Below, one piece after another: positions 24,454 to 35,947 of a stretch of 64,000 nt of DNA. The DNA lies in contig CATNEN010000034.1 in assembly GCA_950097015.1 (NCBI GenBank), positions 5,022,001 to 5,086,000 on the forward strand, given 5' to 3'. The stretch comes from Macrostomum hystrix (lineage: Eukaryota > Animalia > Platyhelminthes). A program made the translations under genes and the position numbers. Position 1 is the first letter of the stretch, and every line of letters starts with the position of its first letter. Below the pieces are notes generated by a model. That model saw only the letters and a list, made by a program, of their open reading frames with translations, was not told where the DNA came from and searched no databases.

Positions 24454-25895
24454 GGGACCATGACCTCCCACTGATGTTTCAAATGATCATTACCTCCCAC
24501 TGACTGATTTTCAAAGGATCATGACCTCCCACTGATGTTTCAAACGATCATGACCTCCCACTGATGTTTCAAATGATCATGACCTTCCACTGACTGATGT
24601 TTCAAAAGATCATGACCTCCCACTGATGTTTCAAAGGATCATGACCTCGCACTGACTGATGTTTCAAAAGATCATGACACCTCCCACTGATGTTTCAAAT
24701 GATCATGACCTCCCACTGATGTTTCAAATGATCATGACCTCCCACTGACTGATGTTACAAATGATCATGACCTTCCACTGACTGATGTTTCAAAAGATCA
24801 TGACACCTCCCACTGATGTTTCAAATGATCATGACCTCCCACTGACTGATGTTACAAATGATCATGACCTTCCACTGACTGATGTTTCAAAAGATCATGA
24901 CACCTCCCACTGATTTTTCAAATTATCATGACCTCCCACTGATGTTTCAAATGATCATGACATCCCACTGATGTTTCAAATGATCATGACATCCCACTGA
25001 TGTTTCAAATGATCATGACATCCCACTGATGTTTCAAATGATCATGACATCCCACTGATGTTTCAAATGATCAAGACATCCCACTGATGTTTCAAATGAT
25101 CATGACATCCCACTGATGTTTCAAATGATCATGACCTCCCACTGATGTTTCAAATGATCATGACATCCCACTGATGTTTCAAATGATCATGACCTCCCAC
25201 TGATGTTTCAAATGATCATGACATCCCACTGATGTTTCAAATGATCATGACATCCCACTGATGTTTCAAATGATCATGACATCCCACTGATGTTTCAAAT
25301 GATCATGACCTTCCACTGACTGATGTTTCAAAAGATCATGACACCTCCCACTGATTTTTCAAATTATCATGACCTCCCACTGATGTTTCAAATGATCATG
25401 ACATCCCACTGATGTTTCAAATGATCATGACATCCCACTGATGTTTCAAATGATCATGACATCCCACTGATGTTTCAAATGATCATGACATCCCACTGAT
25501 GTTTCAAATGATCAAGACATCCCACTGATGTTTCAAATGATCATGACATCCCACTGATGTTTCAAATGATCATGACATCCCACTGATGTTTCAAATGATC
25601 ATGACATCCCACTGATGTTTCAAATGATCATGACCTCCCACTGATGTTTCAAATGATCATGACATCCCACTGATGTTTCAAATGATCATGACATCCCACT
25701 GATGTTTCAAATGATCATGACATCCCACTGATGTTTCAAATGATCATGACATCCCACTGATGTTTCAAATGATCATGACATCCCACTGATGTTTCAAATG
25801 ATCATGACCTCCCACTGATGTTTCAAATGATCATGACATCCCACTGATGTTTCAAATGATCATGACATCCCACTGATGTTTCAAATGATCATGAT
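24454..25895. repeat. 29-bp minisatellite GATCATGACATCCCACTGATGTTTCAAAT
   Basis: About 49 copies with a 441-bp higher-order duplication. Confidence 0.96.
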
Positions 25896-26619
25896 CTTCC
25901 ATTGAAATTTCAGAATTCTTCAGTACAAAATTCGAATCAACTTTTCGTAAAATTTCTTCCAGATTCGGAAATTTCGATGAAAGTAAATAGAAGCACATTA
26001 GAAAAAATAGAGAATGTGTGAATCCAGATAAGAATTAGGCACACAGAGCAGAAAATATACACAGTGAAAGAAAAATATGAAGCCACATGAAGTCAATGAA
26101 GCCTTAGAAGCTATTTGATGTTTCGTAGTCCGGCCGGGGACCCATTTAAGGCAGCCTCGCTTGCACTTTAGCAGGCCATTCTAGGTCGAAGCCTATTTTT
26201 CACAAGACTTAAAACAAATTTTATACATCCAATAATTCTACGTACAAAAAGAATAACAAAATATGTTGATGCTATATTATGGCACATTTGCTATTTTAAA
26301 ACATTCTTTATTTTCAGTGGAAAACTATAAACGGGTGACACTAATCTTTTTCGCTTACTTGCAGTAGTATAACAAGGATCATAATAAAGTCAACAGCAAT
26401 AATTTTCTACTGCTAAAAGTGTCCGTGGACACTTTTCAAATTACAAACGCTTTTATTTTAAATTCGAACAATTTTTTCAGACAGGTGGATTAAAACAAAA
26501 TTTTTTTAATGGATTTTTAATCTACACATTTTGAATGAAATTTCCCCATGTCAGTTTTCATGACCGTTTCTTCCAATCCGTTTTTCCCCTTTACACAAAA
26601 AATGATTAACTTGGCCAGA

Positions 26620-29361
26620 TCAGACATCACTAACAAGGCAGCGAATAGCCAGCGGATAGACCATTGTGTCATCGAATATGTTGCCCTCGGTATCCATGCC
26701 GCCGTTAATTAGCCAGCAGGTAACTAAATAGGCCGGCCTCGTTTGCTGCTGCTGCTTCTGCAACTCTGTAGCTGCTTGGTTGGCAGTAACCTCTTCTGTA
26801 GCTGCTTCTGAATCATCTGAAAAGGCGAAAACAATAGAAAGCTGTTTAAAATGACGATTACTAAAATCCTTACTAGCTACTTATGAGTAGCGTTAATAAG
26901 ATGCACTTACCTTGTCGCTTGTCGTCTAGCTTCTCTGAATTTCGTTCCAATCGGATCTCGATGTCGCACAGGCAGTAAGCAAAGTCAAGACGCGGCTGTG
27001 GCGGATCTCCCTGCACATTAATTCGGCTCCATTGATATGTTTCTAAAAATAGATTTTGGATTGTTCCGCTGTAATGTTTCTAAAAATAGATTTCGGATGC
27101 TTCCGCTGTACTTTAGCTTCTAAAAATAGATTTTCTATGCATCCAGCGTAATTTGCGAGCATGTTCTCGTTGGTTCTACAAGAATGTTTAACTCTATCTG
27201 GTGAAATTCTGCAAAATGCGCACGGATACGGGTGTTTAGTGACATTAAAATTATCGCAGCACAGCGGCACTAACCCAGGTCGCAGTCGTACAGGTCATTG
27301 AGGGCGCCGGCTTGTCCAAGGCCGCCAAACACGAACAGCCGCTGGCGCCAGACTATGGCCCCGTGGCCGGCTCTGGCGCAGGGAGCATCGGCGGAGTCGC
27401 CGCCAACCGTAGACCAGACCCGGCGCTGCAGATCGAACCGGTGCAGCGAATTGTAAAACTCGCCGCCGTGCATGCCGCCGTGAACCAGCAGCGCGGACTC
27501 TGTGACTACCACAGCGTGGCCCTGACGCGGCCCCGGCGGCGCCTCACTGTCGGCCTCGCTGACCTCGACAATCTCCCACCGACGCTCGACTAGGTTCAGC
27601 CGGTGGACGCGACGGTCTGACACGGCGTCGGCACCGGCCAGTCCGCCGGAGAACACGTACAGCTGGTCGGCGGAGCTGGCGGCGTCGCCGACGTGATAGG
27701 TTCTGGGACTCGGCGGCTCGCCAGTCAGAAGCGGACTGAGCGCCTTCCACTTACCCGCGGATCCGTCCGAGCGGACGTCAACGTAGACTACGTCGGACCG
27801 GTTTGTGTCGGCGCTGGCTCCGGCGAAGGCGTAGACTCGACGGGGACGCGACTCGCTGCGGAAGGCGGCGTGCTCGTAGCGGCCCAGCTGGGCAGGACCG
27901 TCAACCCGATCCCAGGCCAGGCTCTTCAGGCACAGCCTGCGAGTTTAGAGGATAGAAAGCAACTGGTAGCTAGGGGAAACCTGCCAGACGGCAGCAGAGT
28001 CTAACCAAGGCGGGACCACTAGAAGAAACATTAAAATGTAGATAAATATTTATTCAAAGCAGATCCAAAGCTGTTATTTAAATATATCTTATTTACATGT
28101 TGCTTCAACGAATATTAGAAAGCTTCATTCATGAATAATTGATCCTCATTTTATTTTTGTTTATTTATCATGAAGCACAATAGCAACCAATCGACAGGTT
28201 TTTGAATGAAAAAATCTATACGTAATTCTCGCAATACAATACACTCGTATGTTGGATTAAAAAGTTACTGTAAAATTGAGTTAGTCACTAGATATCTTTT
28301 GACTAGCCATATTTTGCTTCATGATAAATGAACGAAAATAGAATGAAGAATAAATTATTCATGCATGATATTTTGATTGCTTTTCGAAAAACAACTAATT
28401 GGCTTCCTGACATTTTTATTGTTTCACGAGTGTCGCGTCTATCAAGTGGATGCAGCTGTTGTTCTTACGTACGAGGAGGCTAAGGCAAACACACTCCGAT
28501 TTGACAAATCAACCGATATGAAAATAATGAGACTTTGACTCAGAAGCGTTTGATTTGACTACACTTCAGTACTCTTCAATCACATAACTCATCATTCATG
28601 ACATATTTTTTCTCACCTTGTCATACGGCTCGTATATTTCCTTTATATCATCTCTCTCCTCTGTCTAATCAATTTTTTTAATCAATCTCATACAAACCAT
28701 GCTTTGTCTCCCTTGTCTGATCTCCCATGTTGCATCTAATCAGTCCCATCTGTCATCTCTCATCTGTCTCATCTCTCCTGTCTCATCTCTCCTGTGTCTC
28801 ATCTCTCCTGTGTCTCATCTCTCCTCTGTCTCATCTCTCTTGTGTCTCATCTCTCCTCTGTCTCATCTCTCCTCTGTCTCATCTCTCTTGTGTCTCATCT
28901 CTCCTCTGTCTCATCTCTCCTGTGTCTCATCTCTCCTGTGTCTCATCTCTCCTCTGTCTCATCTCTCTTGTGTCTCATCTCTCCTCTGTCTCATCTCTCC
29001 TCTGTCTCATCTCTCTTGTGTCTCATCTCTCCTGTGTCTCATCTCTCCTCTGTCTCATCTCTCCTGTGTCTTATCTCTCCTGTGCCTCATCTCTCATCTG
29101 TCTCATCTCTCCTGTGTCTCATCTCTCCTCAGTCTAATCTATTTCATTATTAGCTTTTCAGTTCGCAGGTTCTCACCTGTAGTGCTCGGCAAAGGTGCCA
29201 TCCGGATTCGCTCCGCCAACCACCAGCACCTGGCTGGCCGGCCGAACAAACGTGGCCGAGTGGCCAACTCGCATTGATGGCGAGTCGCCAACGCCGGACA
29301 GGACGTACCACATGCCCTCCTTGGGCAGCGAGTTGAGCTCCAGAATCGGATTGAGTTCCAT
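26620..29361 (-). CDS. RABEPK: Rab9 effector protein with kelch motifs (p40), ~391 aa, 4 exons
   Basis: Exons 29361-29177, 27936-27275, 27042-26911 and 26816-26620 total 1176 nt with matching phases. Motifs WYVLSGVGDSPSMRVGHS, GGANPD, RYEHA, PPSPRTYH, PRQGH, PPQPRLD and GGMDTEGNIFDD are collinear with recalled human RABEPK. Confidence 0.93.
27038..27135 (-). repeat. Three copies of the AAATCTATTTTTAGAA unit; the last forms the RABEPK intron-2 acceptor
   Basis: AG dinucleotides spaced 37 and 40 nt apart; matches the 23037-23312 unit. Confidence 0.85.
28005..28365. mobile_element. MITE family A, degenerate or rearranged copy in RABEPK intron 1
   Basis: Begins CCAAGGCGGGACCACTAGAAGAA; contains the family interior in reverse (~28120-28170) and forward (~28315-28360) orientation. 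Confidence 0.55.
28745..29130. repeat. 16-bp minisatellite TCTCATCTCTCC(T/C)GTG in RABEPK intron 1
   Basis: Tandem array. Confidence 0.95.
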
Positions 29362-29426
29362 ATTGGCACTAGCTGTTCAAATAGCCAAGTAAACAATGTC
29401 TATTAATGATAGTCGTCAAAGCTCAG

Positions 29427-29780
29427 TCACATCAGGGCGCACACTTTCGACGGCTCAGCTGTCAGATTCGGGTTGCTCGAATCCCGCGATCGTCGCCTAG
29501 TGATCTTGGAAACTGCGGCAGCCGAAGCGATTACTGGCAGGTTGCCAAAGCTCGAATAGTGCTGAATGCGCGATGAGCTGCCTAACTGCAGATAGCTCTT
29601 CGAGGCTGACAGGCCGATATACTTTGAACTAGTTGACAAGCCCTGGAACACGCACTGAGCAGTGTCTCTGTAACGCTCTCGGATTTGCTGTTGAATCTCT
29701 TCTGGCAGGTCTGGCAGCGACTCGACCTGCTCTGGCAATATGTCTGGGGAAGCTGGCCTAATCCGACCCTTTTTGCTCAT
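29427..29780 (-). CDS. Unidentified 117-aa protein immediately upstream of RABEPK
   Basis: Single ATG-to-TGA ORF with GC-rich codons like neighbouring genes. Acceptor TTTTTCCAG lies 10 nt upstream of the ATG. LPEEIQQQIRERY loosely resembles a ubiquitin-binding UBM. Confidence 0.55.
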   Translation of the reverse strand: MSKKGRIRPASPDILPEQVESLPDLPEEIQQQIRERYRDTAQCVFQGLSTSSKYIGLSASKSYLQLGSSSRIQHYSSFGNLPVIASAAAVSKITRRRSRDSSNPNLTAEPSKVCALM

Positions 29781-31127
29781 TCAGCATCCTCTGGAAAAAT
29801 GCATTTAGTCAGATGTTAATCGCAGCGATAATACCAACATCGTTTTCAGTATCGTCGAAGGAGCCTTTTGAAACTTTGAAGTTTTCCTCGAGAAAGAAGA
29901 CAATTTGTGAATACTTTTTTAATTTCAAATATTCAAAAAATATTTGATAAACCATAAAAACTTCATCAAATATACATATAAAGCAGACTTTTTGGAGAAT
30001 GTGTATGGAGCTTTCGTATTGTATAAAGCAGGACGAAAAAATCGGCAAGTTAAAAGGTAGGCCTACCAACATGAATATAATATTTTTAACCTTGGATTAT
30101 TTCGATTCATGCAAATAATTCCTGTATTTTCAGAACAGTAACTGTGGGTTCGTTTTTTTATTATTTATACAAGAACTTCAAAAGCAACACTTTAAAAGCA
30201 CTCTAGAAGCACAATCAGAAACAATAACACTATTTAATAAAAACTAAAAGCTTGCTTTTAAACTTACATGACTTCAGTCAGCTTTACAATCTTTGTAAAA
30301 GTTCCGACGTTGTTCGTTATGTGGCGAGGAGCAGTAGTGAAGTGAATCCTAAATTTAACAAACGACGAAACGAGATCTAGGAAAGAAAGACCAACCAAAA
30401 GCTACTGATTTTTCTAAATATAAAGCAGCCCTTAGAAATATTGACAGTTAGGAACCACTTAACTTGACAATAATTAAAAAAATCAATACTGGACTCTTCA
30501 GTTTCACAAGAATGGAGAAAAAGACTAATAGTAATATAAATGATTTTGGTATCTCATGTTTGGAATTTATAATAGAAGCATATTATTCATCGTATAAATA
30601 TAAGAAAAAAGAAAATAATAATATTTAAAAAGTTTTAAGACGCACTAGTGCACAATGGTACGAAATTAAGCGATATGTTTAAGTTTAGATAAATACACGT
30701 TGTTAAATGCTTTATTGCATTTCCAGGAACTAGTCTTTTCTCCGGTGATTTAATTTACTTATTTAAATAAAAACATGTATAAAAACAACAATAATAAACA
30801 TTTAAATATACTGTCTTGCGCACCTCAACGGGGCAGCAATATAATGGCAAGATTAGAAGCTGCTCAAACTAGGCTACTATGCTATCTTATGACAGACCTT
30901 TACAGTTGTTATATATTATTACAGTACTGAAGCCTATATCGATATATGACACTGTGACTTTATGACATTATGACTTTAAATATCGCTAAATTGTATCATA
31001 TTTTTTCTATCCTACATATTTCAATCTCTAGTTAAAATGTGTTCAACTTTCGCCAAATGCAATTCCATATGCTATTCTGCACATTTAGTATGGGCCAAGG
31101 AAGGAAGACCAGCTGCCTTTTGTGAAT

Positions 31128-31567
31128 GGTAGTTGTTATTTGTCCGGTTAACCGGACAAATAGCCATTTGGTTATTCGTCCGGTTAACCGAGGTTGTAGG
31201 GGCTGTAGCGCTACCACAAGAACCTCTATCATTTGTAAGATAAAATAATTAACAAGCTGCAAAAGGACAGTCATTCAGATTTGAAGTTTGTGTCTCAAAT
31301 TATTTTCGCTTATCAGCTAATTAAAAAAATTAAAACCTTTTCCAGAAATTCGGTTGTTTCAGGGACTAACTTAGTTCAAGGGTATAGTTTGGTCTTTGTG
31401 AGGTCAAGACTCAAGATGGCTATTAGCAGGGCAAGAGTGGTCTTTGGGAGGATCGTTGCTCCTGCTCATTGAAAGGGGAGAAATTAAGTTTTTGGGTGGT
31501 TAACCGGTTAACCGGACGAATAACCAAATGGCTATTTGTCCGGTTAACCGGACAAATAACAACTACC
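31128..31567. mobile_element. MITE family B (440 bp) with 63-bp perfect TIRs and a 9-bp TSD (Mutator-like)
   Basis: TIRs at 31128-31190 and 31505-31567 start GGTAGTTGTTATTTGTCCGG. TSD TTTGTGAAT at 31119-31127 and 31568-31576. Confidence 0.9.
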
Positions 31568-32049
31568 TTTGTGAATATTGTATTGCTACTCTAAAATTAA
31601 AACTAGTATTTAATCTAGTAAAACTAGTAATCTTGTTAAACTTGTAAAACTAACAAGCAGAATACTGTACCGAATAGCATGTGGTGAAAGTTTAGCACAT
31701 TTGTTGTACAAAAATAGGCCTAGCTGAGTTGAAAAATAATCTAGACTTGACTCAACATAACAATTAAGTATACTATTTTACATCTAGTAATGCAGTTATT
31801 ATAGCTCTATTTACATATAGTGGGCAGTGAAGCCAGGGGGCACTTGACAATGACACCTACAAGTAAATTATTTTTATAAAGAGTTTAATTTGACATGACT
31901 TGTATCAGTGACTAATTCTTTGGACATTTATTGGTTTTTGTTTGAGAATTATAAAATTATTATTAAGTCAGTTATTAAGGCAGAACCACTGAAATTCCTC
32001 TTGTTCCTGAAGTTCACTTTATTTTCCTTTGATATGCCAGCATGTTTGG

Positions 32050-32292
32050 CTAGTAAAGAAGAATGATGAAGGAGTGAGGAGAAAGTGAGTATATAAAGAT
32101 TAGAGATTTACAGTATGGAATGTAATCTATGTGGACTCCAAGTTTTAGACATTGCTTATCAGGAAGACACTTTTGATGCACCCATCGATCACATACATCA
32201 CATAGAAGCTCAATGTGCTGTTTGCAAACTCGCAATGTACAAAGTGGAAAATTCTCTTGGATCACTTGACACTTGATATCTTGACTATTCAA
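32050..32292 (-). pseudogene. PHD-finger-like relic, possibly from a transposon
   Basis: LCTLRVC...CDVCDRWVHQKC matches the PHD core CxxCxxWxHxxC. No ATG start or splice context; AT-rich surroundings. Confidence 0.3.
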
Positions 32293-34655
32293 ACAATGGA
32301 GTATCTAGCGCCACAGTCTTATTGACTTTTAAATATAATAATTATTTATCCTTTTCAAATCTCGAAATGATCATTGTACAGCTATATATATAAAGATCTC
32401 AATGCACAATTCACTATACTGTTGTGCACCCTTCACACCCTCCACAATCACAGTCAGTACACTATTGCTAGCCTTAACAATATACATGCACGAATAAAAA
32501 TTACCTTCATTCCAATATACTCTACTTTAGTAGAGACTCAAAGAAATGATTTGTTAACTCAAACCATTGTACTATCCAAAATTAGTAAAAAACATACTAA
32601 AAGCATTATAAATTAGTAAACCATGTTCATGTAGCCAGTCAAAGAATTCTCAAATGATGTGTGAATTTTTTGTGTTCATTCAGCACACACTTCCACACAA
32701 ACAAAGCAAAAATGGGAATAAACCCACAAATTTGTTTTATTTTATAAATTTCATCTTTGGAAGCAGGCTGAGTTTTTGAAAGGGCTTTTTTATTCAGTTT
32801 TATAACTTCACTTGTCGCCAAATTGGTTGTTGCCGATTAACTTGTTGCCAAATTGACTGGCACCCATGGCTCATTACTATCCACTGTGATTTTCTTCTGA
32901 ATGACTGACTAAATGACCATTTTCACTTGTTGCTATTTGTTGTTCTTTGTTCATTTTATTGTCTTAGATATTCTGTGATGAGGACATGCAATTTCAAAAG
33001 TAAAAGTAATTATGTGAAACAAAGTGAAACATTGCTTGCCTCACAAAGCCAAAATTCAATGTGAGGCAAGTGCATGCTAACTATGCATGCCAAATTTGGT
33101 AGGCAACATCAATGTAAGCCCAAATGCATATACTACATGATCTAGATTAGCTATGGCTATCAAGTAGATAGTGTCTACACTTGGATGCACTTGACTTGTA
33201 ATTATTGGTCTTGAAATCCAGACAGTGTGATGCAGTGTTCATTAAGGCAGTCAGCACACCAGAGTAAACTCAAGCATGTCAGGACAGGATATAATACTGT
33301 ATTGCAACATCTTAGCATTGAGACACTTCATAAAAAAGGAGAGTTTGTCCTATCCAAGATTGGATGTTGCTAGTATTTCTGTGATTTTTCTACTGTTGGC
33401 TCTTTTGTACCATGTGACCAATGCTCTTCTTCAAACTATCATTGTCTGGTGGCATGTTGGCAGTTAGCAGCATGGCAGAGATCTCCTTTGGAAGATTGGT
33501 AACCAGGTAGTGAAACTGCCAAGGTGATGTGGGCCAGGTCAATTTGGGATTCCAATATTCAATACTAGGTATCCAGATTACTGCAGTAAAATGCAGAAGA
33601 TATAACAGACATGCGGCTTTGGTGTTGCCAACTAGGCAGCAAGCTAGGCATGTTGAAGTCCAAGTGTGATTGCCTCAGTCAGTTCTCAATACAACTCTTG
33701 CTGTTGGTTCACCTGTTGCTGTTGTTGCTGCTGCTGAAGGCTTTGATCCTGAATGGATGTCATATTGATCCACCTCATGGACCAGTTATGATGATTTTTA
33801 GTTCAAAATTAAGCAAATTTGGTAGTTTTGGTTCGATTGAGAATGTCAATTGGTTGATTGATAAAAAAAGACTTAAATGTTTTTGCTTATGGGACCTTTT
33901 GTATTTATAGATATACAGCAGAATAACCAGATATTTAGAGAAAAGGGTAAGGTTAAAAAGTGTAATAAAACTATTTAGATAATATTACTTTTATGTTTTG
34001 TTTTAAATTTGTTTGTTTTATGTTTAAAACAAAATATGTTTTGTGTAGAGAAAATGTATGCATTTATTGATATAATACTAATAACATTACTTATGACAAT
34101 ATGACAATACACTATGGTAGAAAATAAAGAATAGACATTAGTTAAAATTAGATGTTCAACATAAAAAGTATGATATAGAGGTAGCATTAAAAGCTATTTA
34201 ATAGAATGTTATTCCTGTCATTAACAAAGAGAGTGTGCTTGATGTTTCTGTCAACAAATTAAGATTTGTTTGTGTTTTTTAATGGTAATTGAGACTATAT
34301 ATTTGAAATTGCTATAGAATGCTAGCAGAATTTGCTTGCTATCTGCATAATCCATGAGCAACCAGGCATCACAAAGGTCACATTGGATCTAGCTGTGATT
34401 TAGTTAAGTCACTTATTAGGTGCCATTTGTTACAGCTGTTGAAGTTTGCTCTTGGGATCCCTTTTGAGATAATTCCAAATGACCTGTCTCACTCTATGAG
34501 ACAAGGAATTTTGAATGCATGGACCTCTGAATATGTTGTCTGTTCATGTAAAGAAATTATAAATTATCTTAAAAATACTTAAAGTACCTTAAAAAAACGC
34601 AAAAGCGAAAGCAAATCACTATATCTCACGGTAGTTTCATAACATTTAAGTAACC

Positions 34656-35657
34656 ATGGTAACCGACACAATCGGCAACAACTGCTACTACACTTGTCAT
34701 GGCAAGATAATTGGCACACCGGAGGAGCTGGCAGTCGCTCGCGCCTCAGGCCAGCCGTTGCGTGCTTGGCCACGCCTCCTTGGCGGCAAAGGCGGCTTCG
34801 GCTCATTGCTGCGCTCAATCGGCTCCCAGATAGACAAGACTACTAATAAAGAGATGTGCCGCGATCTGAGCGGCCGCCGAATGCGCGACGTTAATAATCA
34901 GAAGCGCCTGGCTGACTGGGCCGCCGGCGCCGGCGCCAGGGCCGCCGAGCGTCAGAAGCGTCGGGAGGAGAGGCGCCAACGCAGGCGCCAATTGTTGGCC
35001 TCCGCCGACGGCCCGTCTGGTCACGTGATGGAGGATGGCAGCTACCTGGTTGAGAAGGATCGCATTGTTGACTCGGTATTCACCGCTGTCAAGGAGGCCT
35101 TGGATCCAACTAGGAAACGGTCAGCTGATGGCACTGCCGCAGCATCTGGACCCAGTAGCTCCTCAGCCGGACCGTCTAGGCCTGTCAAGCTGGCCAAGAA
35201 ATGGCTGGACGCTGATCTCGCCGAGCTAGAGAGCGGCAGCGGCTCTTCTAGCAGCTCATCTGACGACTCCAATGATGCCAATTCCAACGAGGAAGAAGCG
35301 CAAGGCGAAGCTGCTGAGCCTGAGCATAGTGAGCAGTTGAAAGAAATTGATGATAAGCAGGCGCCCGAAGTGCCTGTGGAAAAGCCAGTCATTTCCGAGC
35401 AGCAGAAGCAGCCACTAGAAGCTGAAGTCGAACCTAGCAACGACGCCACAGCCGAAGAGTTAATGGACCTTTCTACCATAGACAGTTTGGAGGCAGCCGA
35501 GGCGCTGGGATTGGATAGGCTTAAAAATCAATTACGCCTGCGCGGCTTGAAATGCGGCGGAAATCTGCGCGATCGAGCTCAACGCCTGCTGGATGTCCGC
35601 GGACTGGCGCCAGAGCAGTACCCGCCTGCTCTGCTGGCCAAGCCGCCAAGGAAGTGA
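34656..35657 (+). CDS. SDE2: SDE2 homologue (ubiquitin-fold precursor; splicing and replication-stress factor), 333 aa
   Basis: Hallmark RLLGG|KGGFGSLLRSIG, then TTNKEMCRDLSGRRMRDVN. C-terminal SAP-like LGLDRLKNQLRLRGLKCGGNLRDRAQRL. AATAAA at 35823. Confidence 0.93.
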   Translation: MVTDTIGNNCYYTCHGKIIGTPEELAVARASGQPLRAWPRLLGGKGGFGSLLRSIGSQIDKTTNKEMCRDLSGRRMRDVNNQKRLADWAAGAGARAAERQKRREERRQRRRQLLASADGPSGHVMEDGSYLVEKDRIVDSVFTAVKEALDPTRKRSADGTAAASGPSSSSAGPSRPVKLAKKWLDADLAELESGSGSSSSSSDDSNDANSNEEEAQGEAAEPEHSEQLKEIDDKQAPEVPVEKPVISEQQKQPLEAEVEPSNDATAEELMDLSTIDSLEAAEALGLDRLKNQLRLRGLKCGGNLRDRAQRLLDVRGLAPEQYPPALLAKPPRK

Positions 35658-35947
35658 CGTGACTGAAATGCCGATCAGGCTAGCCTATATTACACTACTA
35701 TAAGTAGTAGGGTACGGTTTTTAAGCGTTGCAAACTCATGTTTATGTATGAAACGCGTTTAATTCGTATTTTTATTATTCGGTTTTTGTAAAAATGGACC
35801 CTTTTTAATCGAAAACAAAATCAATAAATTAGTCAGGCAAAAATAGAACTAATTTTTGGTTGGGCGAATTAGAGGTTGATTGTTTTTTTAATCTTAGTCC
35901 TCTTATATAAGTTGATTTTTCAGATAAAATTTTAGGCGTTCATATTG

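Noticed and set aside
27750-27755. Strong GTAAGT donor inside RABEPK exon 2
   Set aside because: The frame continues with conserved kelch sequence (GKWKAL...PPSPRTYH), so it is exonic.
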